A stretch of 64,000 nucleotides of DNA from Promethearchaeota archaeon (GCA_048940645.1 JBHLOI010000015.1:1-64000), one strand, 5' to 3'. Counted from the stretch's first letter, positions 10,534-21,662 are shown. The notes: generated from the letters alone by a model not told the origin. Numbers and translations are program-made.

Positions 10534-11918
10534 GTGTCATTTATAGAAATATACAAGAAATAGTCGGACCATTAATTTTTTTGAAAAATGAACATGATGT
10601 ACAATATGGGGAGATTGTCAAAATTGAATCTGAAGACGGTAAAACTAGATCGGGTCAAGTCGTAAAAATGAACGATGAACTAATAGTTATTGAGGTTTTT
10701 GAAGCAACTAAAGGTTTATCCAGTGAAAATTCAAAAATTTTCTTTACTGAGGATACTTTTAAAGTGAGAATATCAGAAAATGACATGTTCGGAAGAACAT
10801 TTAATTCTTTGGGAAGACCGTTTAACATTTATACGAAAAAGATTTTATCCTCAGACATGATTAGTGATCTAGAATTAGATATTTATGGAGCACCAATTAA
10901 TCCCTATTCAAGAGAATATCCTTCAGAAGTTATCCAGACGGGGATCTCTGTTATAGATGGACTTTTTACTTTGATTAGAGGCCAAAAATTACCCATTTTT
11001 AGTGCGCAAGGATTACCACACAATAAATTGGCAGCACAAATAGTAACCCAAGCTAGAGTATTAACTGAAGAACCATTTTTAATTATTTTTTGTGGTATTG
11101 GTATAATAGAAGATGAGGCGATAAATTTTTTAAAAGCTTTTAGAGAGAGTGGAAATATTCAAAATATTATTTCTTTTATAAATTTTGCATCTGATCCAAT
11201 TATGGAAAGATTAATTATCCCTCGAGTAGCTTTAACAACAGCAGAATATTTTGCATTTGAAAAAGAAATGCATGTACTCGTAGTATTGATCGATATGACC
11301 AACTATGCTGAAGCATTAAGAGAATTAAGTTCTGCAAAAGAAGAGATCCCTAGTAGAAAGGGATATCCAGGATATCTATATTCTGATTTAGCTTCGGTTT
11401 ATGAAAGAACTGGTAAATTGAAAGGAAAAAAAGGATCAATTACTCAAATTCCTATTTTAACTATGCCTAATGATGATATTTCACACCCCATTCCCGATAC
11501 AACTGGATATATAACCGAAGGACAGTTAGTTTTAAATCGCGATTTACATAATAAAAATATTTATCCTCCATTTGAAGTATTAGCATCAATTTCAAGATTA
11601 ATGAAAGACGCGATTGGAAAAGACACTACTAGAGAAGATCATGCTGATCTTAGTTCTCAACTATTAGCATCTTATTCTGATGCTCTTGAGGCTAGAGACT
11701 TACTCTCTGTTGTGGGAGAGGATGGTTTGAACTATGACCAAAAAGAATTATTGGATTTTGGCAACGATTTTGAAAAGAAATTTTTAAATCAAGGAACTTC
11801 AGAAAATCGTAATTTTAACGACACATTTTCTCTCGCATGGGAAGTTCTTTCAAATTTGTCAAGAAATCAATTATTTAGAATTCATCAAAAATTTATTGAA
11901 AATTATTATATTCCATAG
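10530..11918 (+). CDS. atpB: A/V-type ATP synthase subunit B
   Basis: [44 protein letters not shown]. Confidence 0.98.
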   Translation: MSVIYRNIQEIVGPLIFLKNEHDVQYGEIVKIESEDGKTRSGQVVKMNDELIVIEVFEATKGLSSENSKIFFTEDTFKVRISENDMFGRTFNSLGRPFNIYTKKILSSDMISDLELDIYGAPINPYSREYPSEVIQTGISVIDGLFTLIRGQKLPIFSAQGLPHNKLAAQIVTQARVLTEEPFLIIFCGIGIIEDEAINFLKAFRESGNIQNIISFINFASDPIMERLIIPRVALTTAEYFAFEKEMHVLVVLIDMTNYAEALRELSSAKEEIPSRKGYPGYLYSDLASVYERTGKLKGKKGSITQIPILTMPNDDISHPIPDTTGYITEGQLVLNRDLHNKNIYPPFEVLASISRLMKDAIGKDTTREDHADLSSQLLASYSDALEARDLLSVVGEDGLNYDQKELLDFGNDFEKKFLNQGTSENRNFNDTFSLAWEVLSNLSRNQLFRIHQKFIENYYIP

Positions 11919-12593
11919 GTGTTGATATTAAGTTTCAGAGAAATAAAACCTACAAAAACAAATTTAATCAATTTGCAGAAAAAGTTAATTTTTGCTAGAA
12001 AAGGAGAAAGGTTTTTAGAATTTAAACGTGAACAATTAATCGATTTAATTAAAACTAATTGGAAAGTTTACCAAAAGAAATTATACGAATTTTTGAAACT
12101 ATTTAGAAAAGCTTTAATTTATTTGAATGAAGCTTATAAAGAAATGGGTAAGAGAGATTTGGTTTTAATTAGTAATTTAAGTAAAATCCAATATCGTCCA
12201 ACAGTTAATATCAAATATACTAAAAATATTGGGATCACTTTCCATAACATAGATTATGATTTAAATCGAACAGGAAGACTTCCTGCTTATTCATTTGAAA
12301 ATACCAGCCACTTTATTGATGAATTGATGCCTTTATTAGAAGAATTTTTTGAAAATATGATTCGTTTTGCGGAATTTGAAGATTTATTCTTCTTACTGGC
12401 TTTAAATTTTAAAAAAGTAAGCAGAAGGATCAATGGACTAAAAAATATGATTATTCCTAATTTTATATTAGATATTAGAAAAATTAAGGGAATCTTAGAA
12501 GAATTGGATAGAGAAAATTTTGTTAGGTTAAAAAAAACTAAAGATTTAATAAAAAAAAAGGAGAATATACAATCTGGAGGAAGTATTCAATGA
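11919..12593 (+). CDS. atpD: A/V-type ATP synthase subunit D
   Basis: IKPTKTNL...LEFKRE, RRINGL...IP, LEELDRENFVRLKK. Confidence 0.92.
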   Translation: MLILSFREIKPTKTNLINLQKKLIFARKGERFLEFKREQLIDLIKTNWKVYQKKLYEFLKLFRKALIYLNEAYKEMGKRDLVLISNLSKIQYRPTVNIKYTKNIGITFHNIDYDLNRTGRLPAYSFENTSHFIDELMPLLEEFFENMIRFAEFEDLFFLLALNFKKVSRRINGLKNMIIPNFILDIRKIKGILEELDRENFVRLKKTKDLIKKKENIQSGGSIQ

Positions 12594-14899
12594 CAAAGAA
12601 AACTCAAATGAGTTTATTGAAAATAGGGATCAATAAATATTATAAGGACCGACTTTTAAATATCCTTTCATCAATAAATAATGTTCATATAAAAACAAAA
12701 GAAAAAGTTCCTTCAGGTAAAAAAATGGAAGAAAAAGATCCCTTCTTTGGTGTAATTAAAAATCTAAGGCAAGGTTTAGATTCATTATTTAATAAACTTA
12801 ATATTAATGAGAATGACTTCCAAGAATTAAAGAAAATTGAATCTGATGAAAAATTTGAATTTGTAGTAAAAGATATACCCGAATTGGTTAATAAATCATT
12901 AGAAGAAATTAATTTTTATACAAATCGAATTAATGAATTGGAAAGATATGTCACCAAAGCAAAAATTGAATTAGAAAATATGCAAATAATAAAATCTAGT
13001 TATACCTTTTTGGAGCAATTTAATTTAACAAGAGATAGTTTATCAGAATTCGAAAACTTAAATTTTAAAGTATTTACAACTTTTAAAAAGAACATTGAAA
13101 ATTTCAAAACTCTATTTGCATTTGATGCGTTTCCAAATGTCCACCAAACTGATGAGTTATTCCCAAACGCATACAAATTGGAAGATCGTAATACTTTTTA
13201 CATAATTTATCCGAAAGATCTAGAAGAAAACTTAAGGGAAAGAATAAATCTTATTCACGCAGAAGAGGTACCAATTTTAAAAAAGTATTTAACTCAAGAT
13301 GCAATCAATTTTACACGAATAAATAATGAAATTGATTTAATTAATAGCACTTTATCGAAATATCAGAAAGAAAGAACCCAACTAAGAGATTTAAATTTAC
13401 ACAAATTTGCTGCAATAAATGAAGTTGTGCAAAATATCGAAGAGTATCACTGGGCAGAACAACAATTTGAGAAAGTTTCTCCAGATCGCCTAATCTTAAA
13501 ATTATTTTTACCTTCATGGAAAAAGAAAGAAGTAGAACAACTCTTATTGAAAGCTTTTAGAAATAAGATTGTTATAAGTATTGTTGATATTCCTAGATTT
13601 CATGAAATAAAAGAAATAGAACGAATAGAACCTAAATCCGAAAAAAATAAATCTATAGTGGAAATAAAACAAATGGAGTATAGTTTAGCGGTAAATGAAC
13701 CAAAAGAAGATGCAAAACAGGATGATTTAAGAGCTAATACTCCTACAATTATGAAAAATCCTTGGTTTATCAGACCTTTTGAATTGATTATAAAAATGTA
13801 TGGTATTCCATCCTATTCTGAAATCGATCCCACACCATTTTTAGCGTTTACATTTCCCTTTATTTTTGGATTAATGTTTGGAGATATTGGTCATGGATTT
13901 TGTTTAATTATTGCAGGTATTTTTGGAGGCATTATTTATAGAAAGAAAAATATAGGTAAATTCAGCTGGATTGTTTTCTATTGCGGAATAGGAGCTACTC
14001 TAGGTGGGTTATTCTATGGTGTATTTTTTGGAAATGAAGACTTCTTTGGGATTCCATTGCAACCAATTCTTATTCCTATTCCATTATTAGGTCCTGTAAA
14101 CCTTTATAATCCAATTGAACACATTCAAAGCGTTTTTAAGTTCGCTCTATTCATTGGAGTAGTTCATATAAATCTAGGATGGTTCCTTGAGCTCATTAAT
14201 TATGCTAGACAATCAAAAAAATATTTAGCGCTCACTAATTCTTTCATGAAAATTTGTTTATTGACTGGCGGTACATATTTGATTTTTAATTATGGTATAA
14301 ATCTTACAGTGTGGTTATCTGAACCTTATCCTATTTTGTTGGTTATAGTTCCTGGTATTCTATTAATAATATTAAAACCTTTTGGAAAAATATTGGGGAT
14401 ATCCTACTTAAAACGAGAATCTTATGGTGCATTGATGGGAGAGGGTACAGTAGAAACATTTGAAACTGCATTATCCATATTAAGTAATGTAGCATCCTAT
14501 ATTCGTTTATTAGCATTAGCCCTTGCGCATATTGCTTTGATGATATCTATAAAAGCACTATCAGGGTTAGTTCAGGGTGAGGGAGTCTTATTTGAGGTAT
14601 TCAATTTCTTAGGATTAATTCTGGGAAATGTTATTGTAATTTTATTAGAAGGTATATTAGTTTTTATCAACACAATTCGACTTCACTTCTATGAATTTTT
14701 CTTTAAATTTTATAAAGGTACAGGAACGGAATTTTTTCCTTTTTATTTAGATAATAATTATTCAGCAATTACCTTTAGAGTTGATTTTGAAAAGGATTTA
14801 ATTTCTGAAGAAATAGAAAAAGAATTCGAAACTAAAAAGGCAAAAGAAGAAGTAGATAAAGCAATAAGTTATATTGAAAGCAAATATTTCAAAAGTTAA
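12590..14899 (+). CDS. atpI: A/V-type ATP synthase subunit I (a)
   Basis: YGIPSYSEIDPT, FGLMFGDIGHG, SNVASYIRLLALALAH (essential Arg), IRLHFYEFF. Confidence 0.96.
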   Translation: MTKKTQMSLLKIGINKYYKDRLLNILSSINNVHIKTKEKVPSGKKMEEKDPFFGVIKNLRQGLDSLFNKLNINENDFQELKKIESDEKFEFVVKDIPELVNKSLEEINFYTNRINELERYVTKAKIELENMQIIKSSYTFLEQFNLTRDSLSEFENLNFKVFTTFKKNIENFKTLFAFDAFPNVHQTDELFPNAYKLEDRNTFYIIYPKDLEENLRERINLIHAEEVPILKKYLTQDAINFTRINNEIDLINSTLSKYQKERTQLRDLNLHKFAAINEVVQNIEEYHWAEQQFEKVSPDRLILKLFLPSWKKKEVEQLLLKAFRNKIVISIVDIPRFHEIKEIERIEPKSEKNKSIVEIKQMEYSLAVNEPKEDAKQDDLRANTPTIMKNPWFIRPFELIIKMYGIPSYSEIDPTPFLAFTFPFIFGLMFGDIGHGFCLIIAGIFGGIIYRKKNIGKFSWIVFYCGIGATLGGLFYGVFFGNEDFFGIPLQPILIPIPLLGPVNLYNPIEHIQSVFKFALFIGVVHINLGWFLELINYARQSKKYLALTNSFMKICLLTGGTYLIFNYGINLTVWLSEPYPILLVIVPGILLIILKPFGKILGISYLKRESYGALMGEGTVETFETALSILSNVASYIRLLALALAHIALMISIKALSGLVQGEGVLFEVFNFLGLILGNVIVILLEGILVFINTIRLHFYEFFFKFYKGTGTEFFPFYLDNNYSAITFRVDFEKDLISEEIEKEFETKKAKEEVDKAISYIESKYFKS

Positions 14900-14920
14900 C
14901 AAGATTAGGAGAAATATTGA

Positions 14921-15367
14921 ATGGAAAATAAAAATAATGAAAAGAAACTACTAAGTAAAAGATCAATCATTATTCGCCTTATTTTTATTATAGTATATTC
15001 AATATTTCTCTATTATCTCTATATATTTTTAATTGATTTAGGGATTCTATATGGAATTGTTATATTAATTCTAATTTTCTTAATCTTGATTATTATTGGT
15101 CCCCTTATCACGGGAATATCTAAAGCTATGTATAATCGATTGTTTCAACGAAAAAAAAAAAGCATCGAGAAATCAGATTATCAGATTTATAAAGAACAAC
15201 TTAAAAGCACACGTCAAGATACTCAAATGCAACCTATAGATACTAAAGATGTAAATTTGGACTTTATATATAGAAAGCCTATCATCCGAAAATGTAATAC
15301 CTGTAAAATAATTGTCCCAAATTTTGTAAAAACGTGTCCAAACTGCGGGAAACCTATTCTAGATTAA
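14921..15367 (+). CDS. Membrane protein with C-terminal zinc ribbon
   Basis: Two TM helices; CNTC...CPNCG. Confidence 0.7.
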   Translation: MENKNNEKKLLSKRSIIIRLIFIIVYSIFLYYLYIFLIDLGILYGIVILILIFLILIIIGPLITGISKAMYNRLFQRKKKSIEKSDYQIYKEQLKSTRQDTQMQPIDTKDVNLDFIYRKPIIRKCNTCKIIVPNFVKTCPNCGKPILD

Positions 15368-15969
15368 GGTTTAAACCATTCAAAAAAATAATACGATTTT
15401 GTTAATGGATTTGCGATAACAAACTTCTTTCTCACTGAAGTTGCCAACCTTCCTGCTCTAACCATATCAATAGCAGTTAATTTAGTATCATGAGGTAAAA
15501 CATGAACTATAAAAGGAGAATGTTCAAGACCAGGGCCTTTTCGATATACTACAAAATCCGCCCCAAATTTCAACCCTGGGCGTGGTACATATCCTTTTTC
15601 ACGCAAATCTTGATAAATAATGAATTTTTCTTCAAATTTATTATGTATTTTTTTTGCGATTTTAAAAAATTCTTTTGCTGTCAAATCTTTATTATTTATA
15701 GGGTCAAAAATCGTAATTTTTCTATTTAATAGTAAATAATATGCTTCTTCAATAGATAATTCTGAAGGTTTTGAAAAATATTCTAAACGAGGTTTACTAA
15801 TTCCAAGAGGAGAACCGTAAAACTTTTGCTTTACATATAAATATGATGCATATAATGGATTAAAAACAATTATACGGTTATTAACAAATTTTGTTGGAAT
15901 CTGATCAGGGATATCATTTTCCCCTATAGAGTCCAACGAAATTTGAGTATTCTTTTCATCACTCATCAA
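15364..15969 (-). CDS. endA: tRNA-intron (splicing) endonuclease
   Basis: LSIEEAYYL, YQDLREKGY, GLKFGADFVVYRKGPGLEHS, RLATSVRK (catalytic Tyr/His/Lys). Confidence 0.93.
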   Translation of the reverse strand: MMSDEKNTQISLDSIGENDIPDQIPTKFVNNRIIVFNPLYASYLYVKQKFYGSPLGISKPRLEYFSKPSELSIEEAYYLLLNRKITIFDPINNKDLTAKEFFKIAKKIHNKFEEKFIIYQDLREKGYVPRPGLKFGADFVVYRKGPGLEHSPFIVHVLPHDTKLTAIDMVRAGRLATSVRKKFVIANPLTKSYYFFEWFKP

Positions 15970-16193
15970 TTTAAGATTATTAAATATAATTTAATAATTC
16001 TTTTAAATTAATATGTCAACAATTAGATTGAGGAAATCTCCTTTTATTTCAAATATTAGAAAAGTTAAAATTAATAATTGATTTATTCAAAAGAACAAGC
16101 CATAATAGACTTTAGATTATTATAACTATGAAATAATTTTATATGAATGTATTTCATAATATTATAATAAAATTAAAAAAAGCTATAAAAGAT

Positions 16194-17084
16194 ATGATTA
16201 GACAAGCATATTATGCTGGAAGTTGGTATCCGGCTAATAAGTCAGATTTAGAAAAAGAACTTGAAGATCTTTTTACAAATAGCGAATTTGGACCTGGAAT
16301 GTTGCCTAAAACACAAGATCAAAAAATACGTACCATTATTGGAGGTGTAACTCCTCATGCGGGGTATTACTACTCAGGAAATTGTGCTGCTTTCACTTTT
16401 TTTAACATATTTAAAGAAAAAGTACCAGATACAATAATTTTACTAGGAACGGATCATGTTGGTTATAATAAAATTGGTTTAATGGAAGAGGGTGAATGGG
16501 AAACACCCCTAGGGAATCTACAAATTGATGAGGCATTAGCGAGAAAAATCATCGATATTAGCGATGAAATAATCTCAGATGATTCCGCATTCTCCGTTAG
16601 AGAGCATAATATTGAAATCCAATTACCTTTCATAAAATATTGTGCAAAAAATCAAGAAGTTAATATCGTTCCAATAAAATATGGGATTCTAAAATTTAAA
16701 CAGTTCCAGAGTTATACTACTTTAGATAAAGCAGCAGAAGATATTGCTAAAGCGATAGAATCTTTAAATAAAGATATCGTTATTATTGCATCCACAGATA
16801 TGTCTCATGAGCCTGTTAGAACAGAAAAAGGCTTGGAATCTATGAAGAAGATGGATAGGGCAGTTATTGAAGAATTTTTAAAAATAAATCCAGAAAACAC
16901 ATTTAAGGCTGCTTTAAATACATCTGTATGTGGTCCTCAGACATTAACTTCATTAGTTTTAATTTGTAAAAAATTAAATGCCTCTAAAGCAAATTTAATA
17001 ACGTATTTTACGAGTTATGATCGACGAGGTACATTTGGACCTCATACTGTTGGATATTTTTCGGGAGTGTTAATAAAAGAATAA
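16194..17084 (+). CDS. MEMO1-family protein (AmmeMemoRadiSam protein B)
   Basis: AGSWYP, PHAGYYYSG, WETPLG, EHNIEIQLPF, STDMSH, SVCG, VGY. The ORF opens at 16143; ATG 16194 preferred. Confidence 0.9.
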   Translation: MIRQAYYAGSWYPANKSDLEKELEDLFTNSEFGPGMLPKTQDQKIRTIIGGVTPHAGYYYSGNCAAFTFFNIFKEKVPDTIILLGTDHVGYNKIGLMEEGEWETPLGNLQIDEALARKIIDISDEIISDDSAFSVREHNIEIQLPFIKYCAKNQEVNIVPIKYGILKFKQFQSYTTLDKAAEDIAKAIESLNKDIVIIASTDMSHEPVRTEKGLESMKKMDRAVIEEFLKINPENTFKAALNTSVCGPQTLTSLVLICKKLNASKANLITYFTSYDRRGTFGPHTVGYFSGVLIKE

Positions 17085-17121
17085 TGATATTAAGTAATTA
17101 TTAATTTAATTTATTAGAAAT

Positions 17122-18198
17122 ATGCCGGAAGAAAACGAAAAAGTAGATGATTTTATTAGTCTCTGGAAGAAAAAAATGACATCCGAAGAAAAAAGTCCAT
17201 CTGTTATTAGAGATACTTTAAACAAAATGAGTGCTTTACAACAAGAAAATGAGGAACTTAGGAAAAAGATAACTCAAAACATTGATTTAATCAGTAGATC
17301 TGAAGAAATAATCAGAAAATCTGTTGAAGAAAAAGAAAAATTTAAGTTGGAAAAAGAAGAAGCTTTGTCAGAAGTTAATTTCCGTTTGAAAGAACTAGAA
17401 CAAGAAAACTTAGAATTAAGCAATAAAGTAAAGAGTATGGTTAAATTATTACTCGAAAAAGACGAGGAAATTAAAAATAAAGAAACCCAACTTTCTCATG
17501 TAGAGGGAACTGGGGTCAGTTCAGACTCTATTATTAATCAATCCTTAATTGATGATTTAAAATCCGACATATCAAAAAAAACGTTTCAGATTTCAGAATT
17601 AGAACTAAAAATCTCAGAATTAACTGATGAAAATGAAGTTTTACATCAGCAATTAGTGGAGAAAATTAAAAATCTTCCTATTGATTATGTTGTACCAGTA
17701 GAAGATATTGAAGTAATAAAACCACAACCACCTGAAACTCCTTCGTTACCACTTGAACAGCTATGTCAAGATTTGCAAGCAGATTTAAACAAATATAAAA
17801 GAGTAATAGAGAAATTAACTAGTGATAAATCTCAGCTAAAGCAAGCTTTAGAAAATAAAGGATTTAAATTTGACGTGGAAGATATTGCTTCTTTGAGGAC
17901 TGAAAATGAGGCTTTGAAAAAAGATTTGGAAGATTTGCAAAAATCCTTAAAAAAAGAGACTATAGCAGCTTCAACAGAAAGTAATTTAGATTTTGAATCG
18001 AAGATTAAAGAACTTGAAATTAAATTAAATGAAAAAGAAGATTTGATTACTCAATTAAAATTATCTCAATTAGCACAGGGTGACACGGATTCTGGACCTA
18101 TGGCTCAATTAGTAGAAGATCTACAAAAACAAATAAATAAATTAAAAGCTTCACTTAGGGAAAAGGACCAGAAAATAGCAGAACTACAAAATAAATAA
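17122..18198 (+). CDS. Long coiled-coil protein of unknown function
   Basis: E/K/L/Q heptads throughout, broken by a Pro-rich hinge (IKPQPPETPSLP). Confidence 0.7.
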   Translation: MPEENEKVDDFISLWKKKMTSEEKSPSVIRDTLNKMSALQQENEELRKKITQNIDLISRSEEIIRKSVEEKEKFKLEKEEALSEVNFRLKELEQENLELSNKVKSMVKLLLEKDEEIKNKETQLSHVEGTGVSSDSIINQSLIDDLKSDISKKTFQISELELKISELTDENEVLHQQLVEKIKNLPIDYVVPVEDIEVIKPQPPETPSLPLEQLCQDLQADLNKYKRVIEKLTSDKSQLKQALENKGFKFDVEDIASLRTENEALKKDLEDLQKSLKKETIAASTESNLDFESKIKELEIKLNEKEDLITQLKLSQLAQGDTDSGPMAQLVEDLQKQINKLKASLREKDQKIAELQNK

Positions 18199-18306
18199 AT
18201 CCTCAGAGATCTTTTTTAAATAAAATTTTATTCTCCTCTTTTTAAAATGAAATCATGAATTCTTTTCCAAAATTTTTTCAATAATAAGTAATTAAAATTA
18301 GAAAAG

Positions 18307-19287
18307 ATGAGTAGTCAAAAAAACAAGGATTTATCATTCCTTTTTATTGGACATTTGGCCATTGATTCAATAATTAGGTTTAAAAAATTAAGAAAGCCAA
18401 CTTTAGGTGGAAGTGTTTCTTTTGGTTCTTTAGCGCTAAGAAAATATTGTCAAAATGAGAATATTAGTATTGTATCTAATTTAGGTAGATTAAATTTTGA
18501 TATGTCCTTGTTGAAATCACTCGAAAAGTTTAATATAGATTTAAGAGGAATAAAATGGTTTGATAGCAATAATACAAATTTCGTATTGGACTACATTAAT
18601 CATTCTAGAACATTAACTCTTAAAACAAAAAGTCCTAATCTTAGATTTGATGACTTTCCTGATGAATATATAAACAACCAACCTGATATAATCGTTTTAG
18701 TTCCTTTATGTAATGAAATCTCATATAATTATGTTTCTGAAATTTTAAACACATTCCCAGATGTTTATATCGGTATAGATTTACAAGGCTTTATCAGAAA
18801 TATTAATAGTAATGGGATAGTCTCATATATCTGGGAGGAAAATTTAATTAAAAATATGAAAAAGATTATTAATTTAATTGGAGATCGGTTAATATTAAAA
18901 GGTTCGGAAATTGAGATGAAATTATTATCTGGTTATGAAGACTTAGATGCGGTTATGAATCATTTTAACATTTTTGATAATAATGGAATTTATATTATGA
19001 CTCTTGGTGAAGCTGGTTCAATGATTATAAGAAAAGGGCAAGAAATATTAAGAATTCCAGCATTTAAAGCTAAAAAAGTTATCGATGAAACTGGGGCTGG
19101 AGATGTATATTTAGCAATTTTTTTATATGAATTTCTTAATTCTGATATGTCATGGATGGCTATAAAAAATGCTGCTTATTTAGCATCTGCTGCAGCCTCA
19201 TTTTTAGTCGAAAGAAAAGGGCCTGATGGATTTAAATGCAAAACAAAAGTATTAAAAAGAGTAAAACAAAAAAATTATATCAATTAA
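18307..19287 (+). CDS. PfkB-family carbohydrate kinase
   Basis: GHLAID, LGGSVSFG, DLQG, TLGEAGS, DETGAGD. Confidence 0.9.
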   Translation: MSSQKNKDLSFLFIGHLAIDSIIRFKKLRKPTLGGSVSFGSLALRKYCQNENISIVSNLGRLNFDMSLLKSLEKFNIDLRGIKWFDSNNTNFVLDYINHSRTLTLKTKSPNLRFDDFPDEYINNQPDIIVLVPLCNEISYNYVSEILNTFPDVYIGIDLQGFIRNINSNGIVSYIWEENLIKNMKKIINLIGDRLILKGSEIEMKLLSGYEDLDAVMNHFNIFDNNGIYIMTLGEAGSMIIRKGQEILRIPAFKAKKVIDETGAGDVYLAIFLYEFLNSDMSWMAIKNAAYLASAAASFLVERKGPDGFKCKTKVLKRVKQKNYIN

Positions 19288-19298
19288 GGTGATTTTCA

Positions 19299-19889
19299 AT
19301 ACATATTAATTCTCATTTTGCCACAGGGGTGATTTTCACTTCAATATTTCACTACTTTTTTAGCTTTAATTTATTTGAATTCTTATTAATAGTAATTTTC
19401 TCTTTCATTAGTGATTTTGATGTATTTTTTTCTAAGTATGCTAAAAATCATAATCATAGAATGTTGATTTCTCATTCAATTATCCCTAGCATTCTTATAA
19501 TTTTATTAGGTATTATTTTTAATTGGTTAGCATTAATTTTCGGTGGAGTAGCATATTTTATCCATATAATAATAGATACTTTAGATTGGGGTACAAACTT
19601 TTTTTATTTTTCAAAAAAACAAATTGGTTTTAAATTCCTAATTACAAAAGAAGAATTTAATAATATCTCTAAGTATTTAGAGAATTATAAGAAACCTGAG
19701 TCCTTTTTTGATGCAAAATATTACAATAATAAAATTTGTTTGAGCATTGAAATTTTATTATTTGTATTTATGCTACTTTTTATTACTCTTTTCGCATTTC
19801 AATATATTTTGATTACTCTGATTTATTTTCCATTTTTATACTTTCATTTACAACGTCATTTTTATTTAAAAAAATTTGAATCAAAATAA
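19299..19889 (+). CDS. Membrane-bound metal-dependent hydrolase (YdjM/LexA-inducible-like)
   Basis: SDFD, HNHRMLISHS, HIIID. The family's N-terminal His (IHINSHFATG) appears only if the start is ATA 19299 rather than GTG 19329. Confidence 0.7.
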   Translation: MHINSHFATGVIFTSIFHYFFSFNLFEFLLIVIFSFISDFDVFFSKYAKNHNHRMLISHSIIPSILIILLGIIFNWLALIFGGVAYFIHIIIDTLDWGTNFFYFSKKQIGFKFLITKEEFNNISKYLENYKKPESFFDAKYYNNKICLSIEILLFVFMLLFITLFAFQYILITLIYFPFLYFHLQRHFYLKKFESK

Positions 19890-20003
19890 TTCTACCCTGT
19901 AATTTCTTGCAAAAAGAATTATATAATCCAAACTAATAACCTAAATGGAAAAACTTTAAGAATACTCCACTGAAATTAAGATTATAGTCAAAAGTAAGAT
20001 AAA

Positions 20004-20450
20004 GTGATGAATATGTCTGATGTCATGAAAGCAAAAGTTGGACTCTCTTTAGAAGAGAAAATGATATTCAAATGTGAACTTGGAGAAATGAAAGTAAAGG
20101 ATTGCTATATTGATGAAACTCATAAAGAAGAAGTGGACATGCTAGGCCCTAACCCATCTAGACTGTTGGCATTGGCAGTTTTGGGATGCCTAAGCGCAAG
20201 CTTTATTTTCTGTCTTAAAAAAAGGGAATTTAACTTAGATGATTTAAAAGCAGAAGCAGAAGTAACCATCGCACGGAACGAAAAAGGATTTTGGAGAGTA
20301 AAAAAAATAGACGTAGATATTAACGCAAAAATTGATGATCCTACCATGAAAAAAAGAGCCGATCAATGTAAGAAAATGTTTGAACAATATTGCATCGTTA
20401 CTCAAGCTGTTAGAGAAGGAATTGAGGTAGAAGTAAATCTTAATTATTAA
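20004..20450 (+). CDS. OsmC-family protein
   Basis: GPNPSRLLALAVLGCL and EQYCIVTQAV two-Cys signature. Confidence 0.88.
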   Translation: MMNMSDVMKAKVGLSLEEKMIFKCELGEMKVKDCYIDETHKEEVDMLGPNPSRLLALAVLGCLSASFIFCLKKREFNLDDLKAEAEVTIARNEKGFWRVKKIDVDINAKIDDPTMKKRADQCKKMFEQYCIVTQAVREGIEVEVNLNY

Positions 20451-20550
20451 TTTTTTTCAATATATTTCTGTTCTTTATTCTAAAAGTCTATTTTTTTAAA
20501 ACACTGCTATTTTAACGTTGCTTATTTTGAAAGATGACTTTTAATTAGAT

Positions 20551-21549
20551 TCAATCTTGGATACCATCTTCAGTAATAGAAAATACAGCATCTTCTTCAG
20601 GTAAATGTGGGGCATCAACAACTTTAGCAACTCTTTGTTCTCCCTTTCCTTTCCTTAAGCGTATTCTAATTGTTGCTCCATGAGCTATTATATTCCCTCC
20701 AGTTGCCCGAAGTGGATCCCCATAAAACACATCAGGTTTTGCAGAAACTTGATTTGTAAATAATATAGCTAACTCATCAAAGGTTTCTGTTAATCTTAAA
20801 AGATCATGAATATGAGTGTTTAGAATTTGTTGTCGGTTAGCTAGAGTGCCTCTACCAACATATTCACTCCGAAAGTGTCCTATTATTGAATCAACAATAA
20901 GTAGCTTAATGTTTTTTTCTTCTATAATTTTTGGAGATTCTTTGACAAGTAATACTTGATGATCACTGTTATAAGCCCTTCCATAGGTTATATTACGTAG
21001 AACTTTATTATAATCTAGGTCCCTTGAAGATGCCATTTGTATAATTCTTTCTGGTCTAAATGTCCCCTCAGAGTCAATATATAAAGCTCCTCCCTCAAGC
21101 CCTCCATCTTCATAAGCTAATTGGACATTAACACACAATTGATGCGCGATCTGCGTTTTTCCCGTCCGATATTCACCATAAACCTCCGTAACGGATCCAG
21201 TTTCTATACCTCCGCCTAATAGATCATCTAAATTTGGACTACCTGTTGTCAGCTTTTTTAAAATCTTCCTTTTTTCCCAAATAATATCGGCAGATTTAAA
21301 TCCCATTTTTTCAATTTCTTGAGCAGATTTAATAATTTTTTGGGCAGTTTTTTCTCCAATTCCTGCTTCTTCAACTAGTTTTGAAAGGGGATATACTGCT
21401 AAAGTTCTAATAGATATAATTCCCGCTTCTTTAAGCTTCTTTAACGTAGCATCTCCAACTCCAGGTAAATCAGTTAGATCGTACTTTACTTTAGGTTGAC
21501 TAGCATCATCCTGAGATTCGTTATTTTGCTGAACTTCTTTTTTAGCCAT
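20551..21549 (-). CDS. radA: DNA repair and recombination protein RadA
   Basis: N-terminal HhH (LPGVG), GEYRTGKTQ, YIDSEGTFRPERI, LLIVDS, GGNIIAH; no intein. Confidence 0.96.
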   Translation of the reverse strand: MAKKEVQQNNESQDDASQPKVKYDLTDLPGVGDATLKKLKEAGIISIRTLAVYPLSKLVEEAGIGEKTAQKIIKSAQEIEKMGFKSADIIWEKRKILKKLTTGSPNLDDLLGGGIETGSVTEVYGEYRTGKTQIAHQLCVNVQLAYEDGGLEGGALYIDSEGTFRPERIIQMASSRDLDYNKVLRNITYGRAYNSDHQVLLVKESPKIIEEKNIKLLIVDSIIGHFRSEYVGRGTLANRQQILNTHIHDLLRLTETFDELAILFTNQVSAKPDVFYGDPLRATGGNIIAHGATIRIRLRKGKGEQRVAKVVDAPHLPEEDAVFSITEDGIQD

Positions 21550-21662
21550 GATTGAAACTTCCTCTAATAATTTTTACAAATTAATTGCAATTTCGTTAAT
21601 TTATTATGAATAATATATAAAAATAATAATAAAATATTAATTAAAGAATAAAAAATTAAGAG

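Noticed and set aside
20551-21549. Possible inteins in RadA or AtpA
   Set aside because: Both proteins are of normal length with uninterrupted P-loop regions
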